Source: Myxococcota bacterium
GTDB taxonomy: Bacteria; Myxococcota_A; UBA796; UBA2385
Direction: 5' to 3'
Assembly (NCBI GenBank): GCA_044344255.1
Contig: JBIJDH010000023.1
Span: forward strand, 1-64,000
DNA length: 64,000 nucleotides
Position numbers and translations under genes: made by a program. Of this stretch, positions 9,701 to 18,288 are shown piece after piece. Below the pieces are notes generated by a model. That model did not search any database, was not told where the DNA came from, and worked only from the letters and a program-made list of their open reading frames with translations. The first letter of the stretch is position 1. Every line of letters begins with the position of its first letter.

Positions 9701-10850
9701 GCGTACGGGCCCGACCGCGGTCGCCCCCTCCCTGCCCGAGCGCCTCGCCGCGCTGCCCTTCCTGGAGCGGCAGACCGAGGTCACGGCGCTGCTGCGGCGC
9801 TTCGTGGCCGAAAGCATGGGCCAGTCGGAGTCCAACGTCCCCTTGGACCTGCACCTCAACACGCTGGGCCTCGACTCCCTGATGGCGGTGGAGCTCCGCC
9901 GCCGGGTGCAGGCGGAGCTCGGGGTCAACCTGCCTGCGGCCATGCTCATCGAGGGTGCGGCTGTCCGGGACCTCGCCGACCGGGCGCTCCGACTCCTGTC
10001 CGAGGGCGGGGCCCAGAGGGTCGCCCCTGTCGCTGCACCTGTCCCTGTCCCTGTCCCTGTCGGCGACCGGTGGATCGTGCTCCCGGCGCCCCGGAGGGCA
10101 GCGAGGCTGCGTCTCTTCTGTTTCCCCTATGCAGGGGGCGGCCCGGCGCTCTTTCACAAGTGGGCCGCGCGGCTGCCGGAGCATGTGGAGCTGTGCGCCG
10201 TTCAGCTCGCGGGGCGCGGCGCCCGCCTCTCCGAGCCGCCGCTCCGGCACATGGACGCCGTGGCCGACGCGCTCGCCCAGGCCATCCGACCCTGGCTCGA
10301 CCGGCCTTTCGCCTTCTTCGGGCACTGTATCGGCGCGCTGGAGATGTTCGAGCTCGCCCACCGCCTCCGCGCCAGCGGCGGACCGCTGCCCTCGCGGCTC
10401 TTCGTCTCCGGCGCCCGCGCGCCCTCGACCTACACCCCCGAGCAGCTCCACCACGACGTGCTTCAGTTCAGCCCGAACCCGGAGGTGCCGGGCCATCGCC
10501 TGCCGGAGGCGCAGCTCCTCGAGCTCATGCGCTCGCTCAACTTCGGCACCAGCACGGCCCTCTACGAAGACGCCGACCTGCGCCGCCTGCTCGCGCTGAT
10601 GGTGCAGGCCGACCTGGAGGTCAACAACACCTACCATTATGCCCCTCGGCCCCTGCTCGACTGTCCCATCACCGCCGTCGGGGGGCGAACGGACCCCTTC
10701 GTCACCGCCTCTCACCTCATGGGGTGGAAGGGGCACACCCGGGGTGCCTACGCCTTGCACATGCGCCCGGGGGACCATTACTTCATCGAGGCGGAGCGAC
10801 CCTTCTGGTTGGAGCTGCTGGCTCGGGAGCTTGGGGCCGAGGCCATGTGA
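6756..10850 (+). CDS. Type I PKS C-terminal part: KS-AT linker, AT (malonyl-type), KR, ACP, thioesterase
   Basis: AT FTGQGAQ, GHSVG, HAFHS; KR ITGGLGALG...YAAGN; ACP LGLDSL; TE RLFCFPYAGG, GHCIG, GDHYF. ATG 6756 is in frame, overlaps the upstream TGA and has GGAGG upstream. Confidence 0.85.
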   Translation: MSAASTARPGDALPTTELFLLSAKTEAALQAAAARLLSHVEAQPTLSLHDLAFSLATRRSPMERRLAIVAGSREELLTALRAPVTGDRPGAPGRIAFLFTGQGAQRPGMAKGLHAAWPAYREAFDRCVGLFQPLLDLPLQDCIWAEEGSELALALDQTGITQPALFTVEYALAALLASFGLRPQLLLGHSVGELVAACVAGVFTLEEAVRLVAARGRLMQALPAGGAMVSIPASEARVAARLVGVEGQVSIAAINGPDQVVVSGEAGAVLSVAARFEAEGARCRRLRVSHAFHSPLMEPMLEAFERVAGTISFQRPQIPLVSNVSGQLADDRILTPRYWVDQLRGAVRFADGLRALAAAGATRLVELGPQPTLLSFAAATLSEATLPEATLPAATLPAAGLRLIPTLRAGRDDTASLLGALGALWTAGARLDPAALFPSGGRPVPLPTYPWQRQRCWPAVAPPTKPVGDSTGDLLYEAVWTRQDRPLPGPAPTGRWLIYADDTGVALSLLAALTRARVPAVAVWAGRAWRALEDDRFVIRPGVPEDAARMLKEADAVTQPFTRVVQLWGLDGAEATGVPRVRAFQARALTGTLHLVQALAALQEGARSAPAPRLSIVTRQVHLTRPEDGLPAFAGASLWGLGRTIAAEHPDLWGGLFDIPESSGGPDLAARLVAEVMDPRGEEELALRSHGRYALRLRPAPADSAQPVQICGEAAYLITGGLGALGLLIADRLVIEGARHIVLVGRSPLPPRERWEALREEPGVGPRIAAVRALEAKGARVYTGALDITDEPGLRALLDALRGQGCPPVRGVVHAAAEFRAGPLRGLSAAELDRSLEAKGIGALVLERCLGGEGLDFFLLLSSVAGSLPDFAEGLGGYAAGNALLDGLAHHLRARGLPATSFDAGPWADGASADAALMDKVLRYFRRVGVRPFTAGEGTKLFMRVLRGGAAQRWGIALDRSVAAQALAHRPLLRELWSAPTERTGPTAVAPSLPERLAALPFLERQTEVTALLRRFVAESMGQSESNVPLDLHLNTLGLDSLMAVELRRRVQAELGVNLPAAMLIEGAAVRDLADRALRLLSEGGAQRVAPVAAPVPVPVPVGDRWIVLPAPRRAARLRLFCFPYAGGGPALFHKWAARLPEHVELCAVQLAGRGARLSEPPLRHMDAVADALAQAIRPWLDRPFAFFGHCIGALEMFELAHRLRASGGPLPSRLFVSGARAPSTYTPEQLHHDVLQFSPNPEVPGHRLPEAQLLELMRSLNFGTSTALYEDADLRRLLALMVQADLEVNNTYHYAPRPLLDCPITAVGGRTDPFVTASHLMGWKGHTRGAYALHMRPGDHYFIEAERPFWLELLARELGAEAM

Positions 10851-11054
10851 GGACGAGGGCCTCGCCCATCAGGAGGGCGCGCAGCACCTCCCTCGGCCAG
10901 GGCGATGGTGGCGCCGCTGCTCACGCTGACGTCCTCCGGATTGACCACCACCTTCCGCGCGCCGCGCGGCCCGCCGAGACGCAGGGCACGGCCCGTCCGA
11001 GCGACGGGGCCGGCCGAGCGCCGCGGCGGGCCCGCGGAGCGCGAGGCGAGCCTG

Positions 11055-11120
11055 TCAGCCCTTGACGCCCTCAATCTTCCAAAAGACGGGGCCGGCCTTG
11101 ATGTGGGTCTTGCTGCGCAT
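11055..11120 (-). CDS. Small 21-aa ORF MRSKTHIKAGPVFWKIEGVKG (not in the ORF track)
   Basis: ATG at 11120 with AGGAG 7 nt upstream, TGA at 11057-11055, GC3-rich codons, GC-rich hairpins downstream. Confidence 0.5.
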   Translation of the reverse strand: MRSKTHIKAGPVFWKIEGVKG

Positions 11121-11306
11121 GGTGTCTCTCCTGCAGGGGGGTTGAAGGGACGGCCTCTTGCCGTCCCACCTCTGGAGTGACGGTCGCCCCCGTTTGGTTC
11201 ACACAATTCTGCGCGACCCGCCGATGAGGGTGGCCAGCGACCCGCGGGCGGTCCGCAGGTCGAGGGTCACCCAGCGGCCCTCCTCCTGCACCGCCACCCC
11301 GCGCAC
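11115..11306. repeat. Left copy of a ~190-bp diverged direct repeat (degenerate 3' end of the 16884-17357 gene plus its downstream intergenic DNA)
   Basis: Aligns by eye with 16788-16976, e.g. tcacccagcggccctcctcctgcacc is shared. Translation VQEEGRWVTLDLRTARGSLATL vs VQEEGRWVIDDLRTARWSLATL. Confidence 0.9.
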
Positions 11307-11424
11307 TCCATCTCTGGCGCCGCCGATCCCCTCCAACGAAGGACACTGCGTCCAGAATTCCGTGTTGATGGCCACCCTTGCGATTGGGCCTACGCTCACT
11401 TCAGGATATCGCCGATACCTTCAG

Positions 11425-12600
11425 CTATCGCTGGAGGCACCGCTGAAGCTCCTCGGCGACCACGGCATGGCCCGCTTGGGTCCAATGGCCATCATAGGTG
11501 AGGTACATCGCGTCCCCCCGCGTGCTCGCGCTCTCCTGGCCGGCGCGGAGGGCCAGGGTGAGGTCGCAGGCAGAGATCCCGGTGCGTTTGAGGAGCTCCC
11601 ATACGGCGAGGGCGGGGGCGTCCAGGGTCGCAGTGGCTGGATCGAGGCCGACGACCTTGAAGGTCGGCTCCACACGCCGCTGGTCTACCACGAAGGCGGG
11701 AGGGGCCACGGCGACGAGGAGCTGGTCGCCATTGCGGGCGGCCTCCTCCGCCAGGGCCCGGAGCGGCGCTTCGCTCTTTTGAATCAACGCGGCGAGGCGG
11801 GGGGCCCCGCTGCGGGTGTAGATCGAGAGCTCATCCCCCCAACGCTGAATGGAGGGGTCTCGACCGGTCGCCAGCTCCCGCGCCCGACTCCATACGCGCA
11901 GGTGAGCATAGAGGTAAGAGTTTTTGAGGAGGATGGACTTCCACCACTGGAGCGGTGGGGGCCCCTGTCGAATCTCGGGCGGCCGCGGTGGGCCTCCGGC
12001 GGTCCGGGTGGCGCCCGCTGGGGGTGCCGGCGGAGGGCGATCCATCTCGGCCTTTTGGATGGGCCAACGCTCATTGTCCTGAAGGTCGTTTCCAAGGAAG
12101 AAGAGCAGCAGGACGGCGGAAGATCCGCTTGAGCTGCGGAGCCCCTTGTAACGATCCAGGGCCTGCCAGGTGGAGTAACCATCCACACCGGCGTTCCAGA
12201 AATGCTCCTTTCGCTCGGCGGAGAGGCGGCCGATGAAGGTCTGCTCCTCGGGCACCTGAATGGAGAAGGTAAAGGAATCGCCGATGGTGAGCCAGCGAGC
12301 GACCTCCGCCACCGCTTCGGGCTCCGGCCCGCGCATCCCCAGGCGATTGATACGGATGGGGACGGCATAACCAAGGGAACGAGCGGTGGCCTGAAAGCCC
12401 GGGGTGGGCACCAGCAGGAGCGCCGTATCTCTTTGATAGAGCCCGGGGGGAGATGCATCGGGAGAGTTGAACAGGAGGTCCGAATTGCCAGCCGGTCGGA
12501 TGACTCGGGCGGCCAATTCTCCCAGGAAGAGACCGACCAGGAGGCCGCCTATCAGGAGCCCCAGCCGGGAAGCGACGGTCCACCAGCGAGGGCTCTTCAA
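11425..12600 (-). CDS. Membrane-anchored SGNH/GDSL-type (AlgX/AlgJ-like) hydrolase or acyltransferase
   Basis: N-terminal TM helix; blocks GDSFT, NAGVDGYS, FFLGND, DGHWT. TTG start overlaps the upstream TGA. Confidence 0.8.
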   Translation of the reverse strand: MKSPRWWTVASRLGLLIGGLLVGLFLGELAARVIRPAGNSDLLFNSPDASPPGLYQRDTALLLVPTPGFQATARSLGYAVPIRINRLGMRGPEPEAVAEVARWLTIGDSFTFSIQVPEEQTFIGRLSAERKEHFWNAGVDGYSTWQALDRYKGLRSSSGSSAVLLLFFLGNDLQDNERWPIQKAEMDRPPPAPPAGATRTAGGPPRPPEIRQGPPPLQWWKSILLKNSYLYAHLRVWSRARELATGRDPSIQRWGDELSIYTRSGAPRLAALIQKSEAPLRALAEEAARNGDQLLVAVAPPAFVVDQRRVEPTFKVVGLDPATATLDAPALAVWELLKRTGISACDLTLALRAGQESASTRGDAMYLTYDGHWTQAGHAVVAEELQRCLQR

Positions 12601-13772
12601 CGGGCACACCGAAACCCGGAGGTCTTTCGGCGCAGCTCACTCAGGAATTCATTCCGCTCTCCAGCCGGATGAATGGCCAGGTCGAAGAAGTAGGCCCCGC
12701 CCCGGACGGCGACGTAGAGGCCGGGCTGTACGGAACGCACATCGTGCAGCACCTCGCCGGACTTCTCATAGACATATTGCTCCCAGGAGTCCACGCGGAG
12801 GTCGCTCGTGAATTCCCACGCATTGCCATAGGCGTCATCGAGGCCGTAGGGGCTGCGGCCCGAGGGGAAGGCGCCCACGGGAGAGGTGTGGAGGTAACCA
12901 TCGCTGTCGTCGAAATTGGGCTCCTCCATTCGCCCATGGTTGCAGCGCGCACCATCCCAGGTCACTCCCCAGGGATAGGAGCGCCTCTCGCTCGACGGCC
13001 CGAGCGCGGCGAGCTGCCACTCCGCCTCGGTGGGGAGTCGTTTCCCGGCCCAGGCGCAGTATTCGGCGGCGTCGTACCAGCTCACCAGTACGACGGGGTG
13101 GTCTCCGGTGCCCTCGGGAAAGTCTGTCCCCTCCCAGTTCCAGCCCTCGGCTGCCCAGGGCTCATCCACAAAGGGGGGGCGATAGCCGGTCGAGTCGAGG
13201 AAGACCTTGTAGGCGGCGCGGCTCACCTCCGTGCGGTCCATCCAGAAGGCGTCCACCGCCACCCGTCGCGCCTTGATCTGTTTGCCTCCGTAGCTGTTCC
13301 AGACCTTCGGGTGCTCCGGCACGGGCGGATCGGGGGGAGACATGCCCATCGCGGGAGGGCCGCCGACCTGACGGGAAGCCCCCAGGGGAGCGCCAAGGTC
13401 AGGGCGGGAGGGGTCTATCGTCTTTTGAATGGGTGGACCACCCGGCGCGCCCGGTGGTGGTCCTATCGGCCCGCCATTCGGAAAATTGCCCGGTGGGGGG
13501 AGGTCCTGAGGGCCGAGCATCACCTCGCCGGCCGGGATGGGCACCATCCCCTCGACTTCGCCCTCGATCGGTGAATTCGGCGCCGCGGAGGGGTCCTGCG
13601 CGTCGGTGGACCGGGGCGCGGTCGAGCCACCCCCGCCGCCGTTGCAGCCGAAGAAGCCGAGGCCAAGGGCGGCGCTCATCGCGCAGCGCAGCGCGGTTGA
13701 TCTCGCGGATGAGGCTGCGGAGCAGGGCCGTCCGGAGGCCGGCCGTCCGAGGGTGCGACGCCAGACAATCAC
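12597..13772 (-). CDS. SUMF1/FGE-sulfatase-domain lipoprotein lacking the FGE catalytic cysteines; start uncertain (13772 or 13679)
   Basis: MDRTEV, HPVVLVSWYDAAEYCAWAGKRLPTEAEW, GNAWEF, RGG, GFRCAR; lipobox-like LGFFGC; Pro-rich insert. Confidence 0.85.
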   Translation of the reverse strand: MIVWRRTLGRPASGRPCSAASSARSTALRCAMSAALGLGFFGCNGGGGGSTAPRSTDAQDPSAAPNSPIEGEVEGMVPIPAGEVMLGPQDLPPPGNFPNGGPIGPPPGAPGGPPIQKTIDPSRPDLGAPLGASRQVGGPPAMGMSPPDPPVPEHPKVWNSYGGKQIKARRVAVDAFWMDRTEVSRAAYKVFLDSTGYRPPFVDEPWAAEGWNWEGTDFPEGTGDHPVVLVSWYDAAEYCAWAGKRLPTEAEWQLAALGPSSERRSYPWGVTWDGARCNHGRMEEPNFDDSDGYLHTSPVGAFPSGRSPYGLDDAYGNAWEFTSDLRVDSWEQYVYEKSGEVLHDVRSVQPGLYVAVRGGAYFFDLAIHPAGERNEFLSELRRKTSGFRCAR

Positions 13773-14614
13773 GTGGCCGGATAGGCGCATCGAAAACCCG
13801 TGGTGAGGGCCAGCCGGTCGGGGCGGGCAGGTTCGCGGTGCGAGCAGCTGCAGTAGCTCGGCAGATTCATGTACGCGCCGCCCCGCATGGTCTTCCAAGT
13901 GCCACTCGTAGGGCCAACGGGGTCTGTCGCCGGGGTGTCCCGATTGGCCGAGCTCGGAGTGTAGGCATCCCGGTGATACCAGTCCTGTGTCCACTCCCAA
14001 ACATTTCCGGCGGCAAAGAGCAGGCCGAAAGGCCCTTCCAGCCCCTTGTCCTGTTGACCCACGGGGCGCGTGTGGACGCTCGTGACATGCCCGAATTTCC
14101 CCTCGGCATACCAGGGTGCATCGACCTCCTCGGAGTCACCCCAGGGGTAACGGGTGCCGCCGTTGCCACAGGCGGCGTGCTCCCATTGGGCCTCGGTGGG
14201 CAGGCTCCCGCCCCTCCATCGGCAATAGGCGTCGGCCTCGTACCAGGTCACCGCCACGACCGGGTGGTCGCCGTCGCGACCCGAAGCCCGCAGCTCGGGG
14301 CCCGCGCCGTTCGGGTGCCCGCTGAGCCAAGTGGCAGCGTCCTTTGACCATAACGCGGAGTTGCTGTAGCCTCCCGCGGTGGCGAAGGCCTCGAACTCGC
14401 GGATGCTCACCTCCGTCCGGTCGATTCGATAGGCGGACAGGGCCACTTGCCGCAGGGGCTCGTCTGCAGCCCGACCGCTGCCCTGTTGAAAGGAGCCTGC
14501 GGGGATGGAGACGGGCTCGGCATACGCCGGTGAGAGCGAGGCGAGCACCACCAGGAGGGGGAGCCCGCCGGAGGATCTCGAGGAGGGTCGTGAGGAGGGG
14601 AGGGGAGAGTACAT
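13769..14614 (-). CDS. Secreted SUMF1/FGE-sulfatase-domain protein
   Basis: Signal peptide ending AYA-E; IDRTEV, HPVVAVTWYEA, LPTEAQWE, GNVWEW, RGGAY..SYCSC, GFRCA. Confidence 0.85.
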   Translation of the reverse strand: MYSPLPSSRPSSRSSGGLPLLVVLASLSPAYAEPVSIPAGSFQQGSGRAADEPLRQVALSAYRIDRTEVSIREFEAFATAGGYSNSALWSKDAATWLSGHPNGAGPELRASGRDGDHPVVAVTWYEADAYCRWRGGSLPTEAQWEHAACGNGGTRYPWGDSEEVDAPWYAEGKFGHVTSVHTRPVGQQDKGLEGPFGLLFAAGNVWEWTQDWYHRDAYTPSSANRDTPATDPVGPTSGTWKTMRGGAYMNLPSYCSCSHREPARPDRLALTTGFRCAYPAT

Positions 14615-14798
14615 GCGGGGTAGATTATACACCCGAGGACGCGCTGACCACGCGGCCATCGGCGATCCGACCCCGGAGCCGGGCGCGGTCGGGCTTCCCG
14701 GTGGGTTCGTCGGCCAGGATGAGGGCGGGATCGGTGGCGAGGGCCCGGCCGCTGCCGAGCGCTCCACTTCGGGCCGATGGGGTGCTACGCTGCGGACC

Positions 14799-16781
14799 AT
14801 GCGCCTCCAACCGCTCCTCATCCACTGCCTGGTGCTCATCTTGGCCTCCGCCTGTGGGGATCCAGCCTCGGGCAAAGGGCCTGAAGAACAACAGCGGGAG
14901 GAGGGGGGCGCAGAGACCGGCCTCCACCCCGACAGCGCGGAGGGCCAGGGGGACAGCGGGATCGGGGGCGACTCCGGGGCGCCCTGCGCCGGCTTCGAGC
15001 TCCGCAGGGTCTCTCCAGAGGTGGCAGACCAGGGAGATCCCAGCGAGTCCGGAAGTGTCGCCGCCTGGATCGCTGCCCTTCCACCGGACTGCACCACGAC
15101 GCTCGTCTTCGAAGAGGTGGGCGCCTACGCGGTGGTGAGCGACCTCAGCGTCCCGTCGACGGTGGGCCTCCGTTTTGTGACCGGGGCCTGGCTGGAGCTC
15201 GGCCCCGAGGTCGAGCTCAGCCTGATGGGCGCCATCGATGCGGGTCGCGCGAGGATCTTTGGGGATGCTGGGAGGCTCTCCGGAGAGCCCCAGGTAGAGG
15301 CCCTCTACCCGGAGTGGTTCGGTGCCCTGCCCGACGACGGCGTTGAGGATCAGGTGGGCCTCCAGCGGGCGCTCGACCTCCTACCGCGGCTCCGCTTCGA
15401 TGGGGGTGTCTATCGGATCGGCTCCGCGCTGCGGCTGCCCAGCGGCTCTCGCCTGGCGGGTCCGGAAGTTCCGGAAGATGCAGATCCGGAAGATGAAGGT
15501 GATGTGGCTCCGGCTGTGCTTCAGAGCGCTCTGGTCTATCCGACGACCGAGGGGTTCTACCCCACACGCATGCTGGAGGCATCCGACGCCACCGACCTGC
15601 AGCTCCGCGATATCGTGCTCGATGGAGATCGACATTCGCGGCTCGTGGAGTGCTGGAATTACCCGGAGGCCGACAACCTCGGGCGCTTCGAGCGGGTGGA
15701 TGGCCTCCTGCTAGAACGGGTGCGGGTGACCGGATACGAGGGCAACTGGGGGTCGGAAGACCAGACCCTCGCGCGCGCGGTGGCGGTCCTCTCTTCCCAG
15801 TCTGTCACCTTCACCGATGTCCGCTTCACGGACTCTCGAACCGAGGGTATCCTCTTTCAGGACTGCGAAGACGTCGTGGTTCAAGGGTTCTTCAGCCAGA
15901 ACACCGACGTGTGGACCCCGCTTCATGCCTTCTATGTGGACGGCTTCACCCTGGTAGACTCCACCATCATCGAGGATGAAGGGGTCGAGTGGTCTGGTAG
16001 CACCGCCAACCTGACCGTGAAGAGGGGAGTGGTCACCGGGAATTCTTTCCAGGGCGGCTGGGGGCTCGATTTCGGAGACGAGGTCGGAACCACCCCCTTT
16101 GGGCCAGGGGATATTGTCATCGAAGACAACGTCATCGAGACCCTCGGCCATGGCATCTACTTCTCTCCCTATGCCCCGGGCGACAGCGTGACGGGGGTGG
16201 AGATTCGAAACAACGAGCTCCGGGTCAGCCGGCAGAGCTCCGCCGACTCTACCGATGAGCTGCTCCGCTTCGATGCTTCCGCCGATGTGCTGGTGGAGGA
16301 CAATCTGTTCGTCGTCTCGGGAGGGGGGGATAGTTTCAGTCGGGGAATCAGCTTCCAGGGGAGCACAGACAACATCACCCTCCAGCGAAATGAGATGGAG
16401 GGAGTGGATGTGGGCATCTCCCACTCCGGAGACTCTGCTTCGGGGGGAAGCCTCCTGATATCGGGGAATCAGCTCCATTGCGCAACCTCGATTCGACGAG
16501 ACACCTGGTCGGGAGGGAGCACGGGAGTCTGGATCTTCCGCTACAGAGATGCCCACTTCGACCGCATCACCGTGGAGGACAACATCATCGAGGCGGTGGG
16601 TGGCTGGGTCTCGCTCATCGACTATGCGAGCCTCAGCTCGGATCCAGGGCCCTTTGTCGATGAGCTGATCCTCCAGGGAAACACCTTCAGCCCAGCCGAG
16701 GGTCCGGAGCGGAGCCCCATCTGGGATGGCGCCTCGACGGTGACCATCAGCGGTAACACGCCCGCGTGGGTCAATCCCTGA
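14799..16781 (+). CDS. Lipoprotein with right-handed parallel beta-helix (pectate-lyase-like / glycosidase-like) repeats
   Basis: Lipobox LASAC; YPEWFGA..D...D...LQRA-type beta-helix cap; repeated I.I.NN.I-type coils. Confidence 0.75.
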   Translation: MRLQPLLIHCLVLILASACGDPASGKGPEEQQREEGGAETGLHPDSAEGQGDSGIGGDSGAPCAGFELRRVSPEVADQGDPSESGSVAAWIAALPPDCTTTLVFEEVGAYAVVSDLSVPSTVGLRFVTGAWLELGPEVELSLMGAIDAGRARIFGDAGRLSGEPQVEALYPEWFGALPDDGVEDQVGLQRALDLLPRLRFDGGVYRIGSALRLPSGSRLAGPEVPEDADPEDEGDVAPAVLQSALVYPTTEGFYPTRMLEASDATDLQLRDIVLDGDRHSRLVECWNYPEADNLGRFERVDGLLLERVRVTGYEGNWGSEDQTLARAVAVLSSQSVTFTDVRFTDSRTEGILFQDCEDVVVQGFFSQNTDVWTPLHAFYVDGFTLVDSTIIEDEGVEWSGSTANLTVKRGVVTGNSFQGGWGLDFGDEVGTTPFGPGDIVIEDNVIETLGHGIYFSPYAPGDSVTGVEIRNNELRVSRQSSADSTDELLRFDASADVLVEDNLFVVSGGGDSFSRGISFQGSTDNITLQRNEMEGVDVGISHSGDSASGGSLLISGNQLHCATSIRRDTWSGGSTGVWIFRYRDAHFDRITVEDNIIEAVGGWVSLIDYASLSSDPGPFVDELILQGNTFSPAEGPERSPIWDGASTVTISGNTPAWVNP

Positions 16782-16787
16782 TTTGTC

Positions 16788-16976
16788 GCGCATGGTGTCG
16801 TCCTGCGGGGGCTGAATGTACGGCCTCTCGCCGTCCCACCCCTGGAGTGACGCTCCCCCCGGCTCGGCTCCCACAGCGCTGCGCTACCCGGCGGTGAGGG
16901 TGGCCAACGACCAGCGGGCGGTCCGCAGGTCATCGATCACCCAGCGGCCCTCCTCCTGCACCATCACCCAGCGCAC
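16788..16976. repeat. Right copy of the ~190-bp direct repeat
   Basis: Matches 11115-11306. It begins 7 nt after the beta-helix gene stop and includes an ATG with a similar RBS (MRDK...) that does not continue the small-ORF sequence. Confidence 0.9.
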
Positions 16977-17357
16977 CTCTCGGGCTTCACCTCCGTTCGT
17001 GAACCGCGCCACCACCTCGTCTCCATCGAGGGTGACGTCGATGTTGGAGAGCGCGTAGTCCTGGGCGTCGATGACAGGGTCGAAGTCCACATCCTCGTTG
17101 TGCGCGGTCCAAGACGCCCTCAGGCGCCGGGAGAGCGGCAGGTCCTCCCGTCGCGGGGGATCGTCGGCCCGATAGCGCTCGTAGATCGCGCGGACCTCGA
17201 CGAGGCGGGGGTCTTCGCGGGGGGCGGTCGGCCCCGCGCTGGGCGCGGGAACCTCCACGGGCGCCTCCGACGCCACATCGGCCACCCCTGAGCAGGCGAG
17301 GCCAAAGCAGGCGAAGAGGGAGACCAGTCCGAGGGTGCCGAGCGCGGTGCGAGCCAT
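16884..17357 (-). CDS. Lipoprotein, DUF3828/YbjP-like
   Basis: Lipobox GLAC; DFDPVIDAQD, V.ARFTNGG, and EEGRWVIDDL motifs. Confidence 0.7.
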   Translation of the reverse strand: MARTALGTLGLVSLFACFGLACSGVADVASEAPVEVPAPSAGPTAPREDPRLVEVRAIYERYRADDPPRREDLPLSRRLRASWTAHNEDVDFDPVIDAQDYALSNIDVTLDGDEVVARFTNGGEAREVRWVMVQEEGRWVIDDLRTARWSLATLTAG

Positions 17358-17412
17358 CGTGTCTGTCCTGGGTTCAGGCGGCAACCATAATCCCCTGCGC
17401 CAGCGGGTCCCA

Positions 17413-18279
17413 TCACAGGTGCGCGAGCTTGGCCGGCACGAGCTGCGACCAGAGCGTACAGATCTGGCCGCTCTCCACCTCGCAGATCAACGTGAATCGG
17501 TTGGGCTTCCGCCCACGGAGGCGCGGGTCGCGGTGCTCGCCGACGACGGTGAGCGCGCCGTTACAGCGCTGGAGCCTCCAGCGGACCCCTGCCGGATACT
17601 GGCGTTGGAGTCTCCGGAAGAAGGTGACGATCTTGCCCGCGCCTCGCACGGGCACCCGCGCCGCCTGCACGACCCCGCCGCCGTCGTTGAGGGCGACGGC
17701 GTTCGGGTGAAGGAGGCGGGTCGCCGCACCGGTGAGGCCGAGCTGCAGGGCGCCGAGGAAGGCGAGCACCACGGCGTCGTCGCGCTTGCGGGGCCGCTTC
17801 GGGGGCTTGCCGAGCCGGGCCCGGGCCTCGTGCAGCGCCACGTCCACCGCGCCGGGGCTGCTGCCGAGGGCGGCGGCGGTCTCGGCCGAGGAGAGCTCGA
17901 GCACCTCGCGCGCCAGGAAGACCGCGCGCTGCGTGGGGGAGAGCGCCTCCGCGGCGCGGAGGAAGGCCCAGCTCGCCGTCTCCCGCATCATCAGGGCCTC
18001 GTCGGCGAGGCGGTTGTCGGGGACCGGCGCTGGTAGCCAGGGCCCGAGGTAGGCCTCGCGCTGACGGCGACGGAGGCGGTCGCGGGAGAGGTTGAGGGCC
18101 ACGGTGACCATCCAGCCGTCGAGCGGGCGCCCCGTGTCGGCCGGGGGGCGCTCGAGCAGGCGGAGGAAGCAGTCCTGCACCACCTCATCGGCGTCCTGGA
18201 CGGTGCCGGTCATCCGATAGGCGACGCCCCAGAGGCGCCGCCGGAGCCGCTCCGCTTCGCTGGCCACGGTGGTGTCCAT
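17413..18279 (-). CDS. ECF sigma-70 factor, SigJ/ECF41-like with C-terminal SnoaL-like extension
   Basis: AYRMTG..DADEVVQD, R.AYLGPWLPAP, LSPTQRAVFL.RE, DGGG motif, PAKL C-terminus. Confidence 0.9.
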   Translation of the reverse strand: MDTTVASEAERLRRRLWGVAYRMTGTVQDADEVVQDCFLRLLERPPADTGRPLDGWMVTVALNLSRDRLRRRQREAYLGPWLPAPVPDNRLADEALMMRETASWAFLRAAEALSPTQRAVFLAREVLELSSAETAAALGSSPGAVDVALHEARARLGKPPKRPRKRDDAVVLAFLGALQLGLTGAATRLLHPNAVALNDGGGVVQAARVPVRGAGKIVTFFRRLQRQYPAGVRWRLQRCNGALTVVGEHRDPRLRGRKPNRFTLICEVESGQICTLWSQLVPAKLAHL

Positions 18280-18288
18280 CTCGCTCCT

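Noticed and set aside
10860..11050. Minus-strand peptide stretch RKVVVNPEDVSVSSGATIALAE
   Set aside because: May be a gene remnant, but it has no credible start or family motif, so I cannot support a call.
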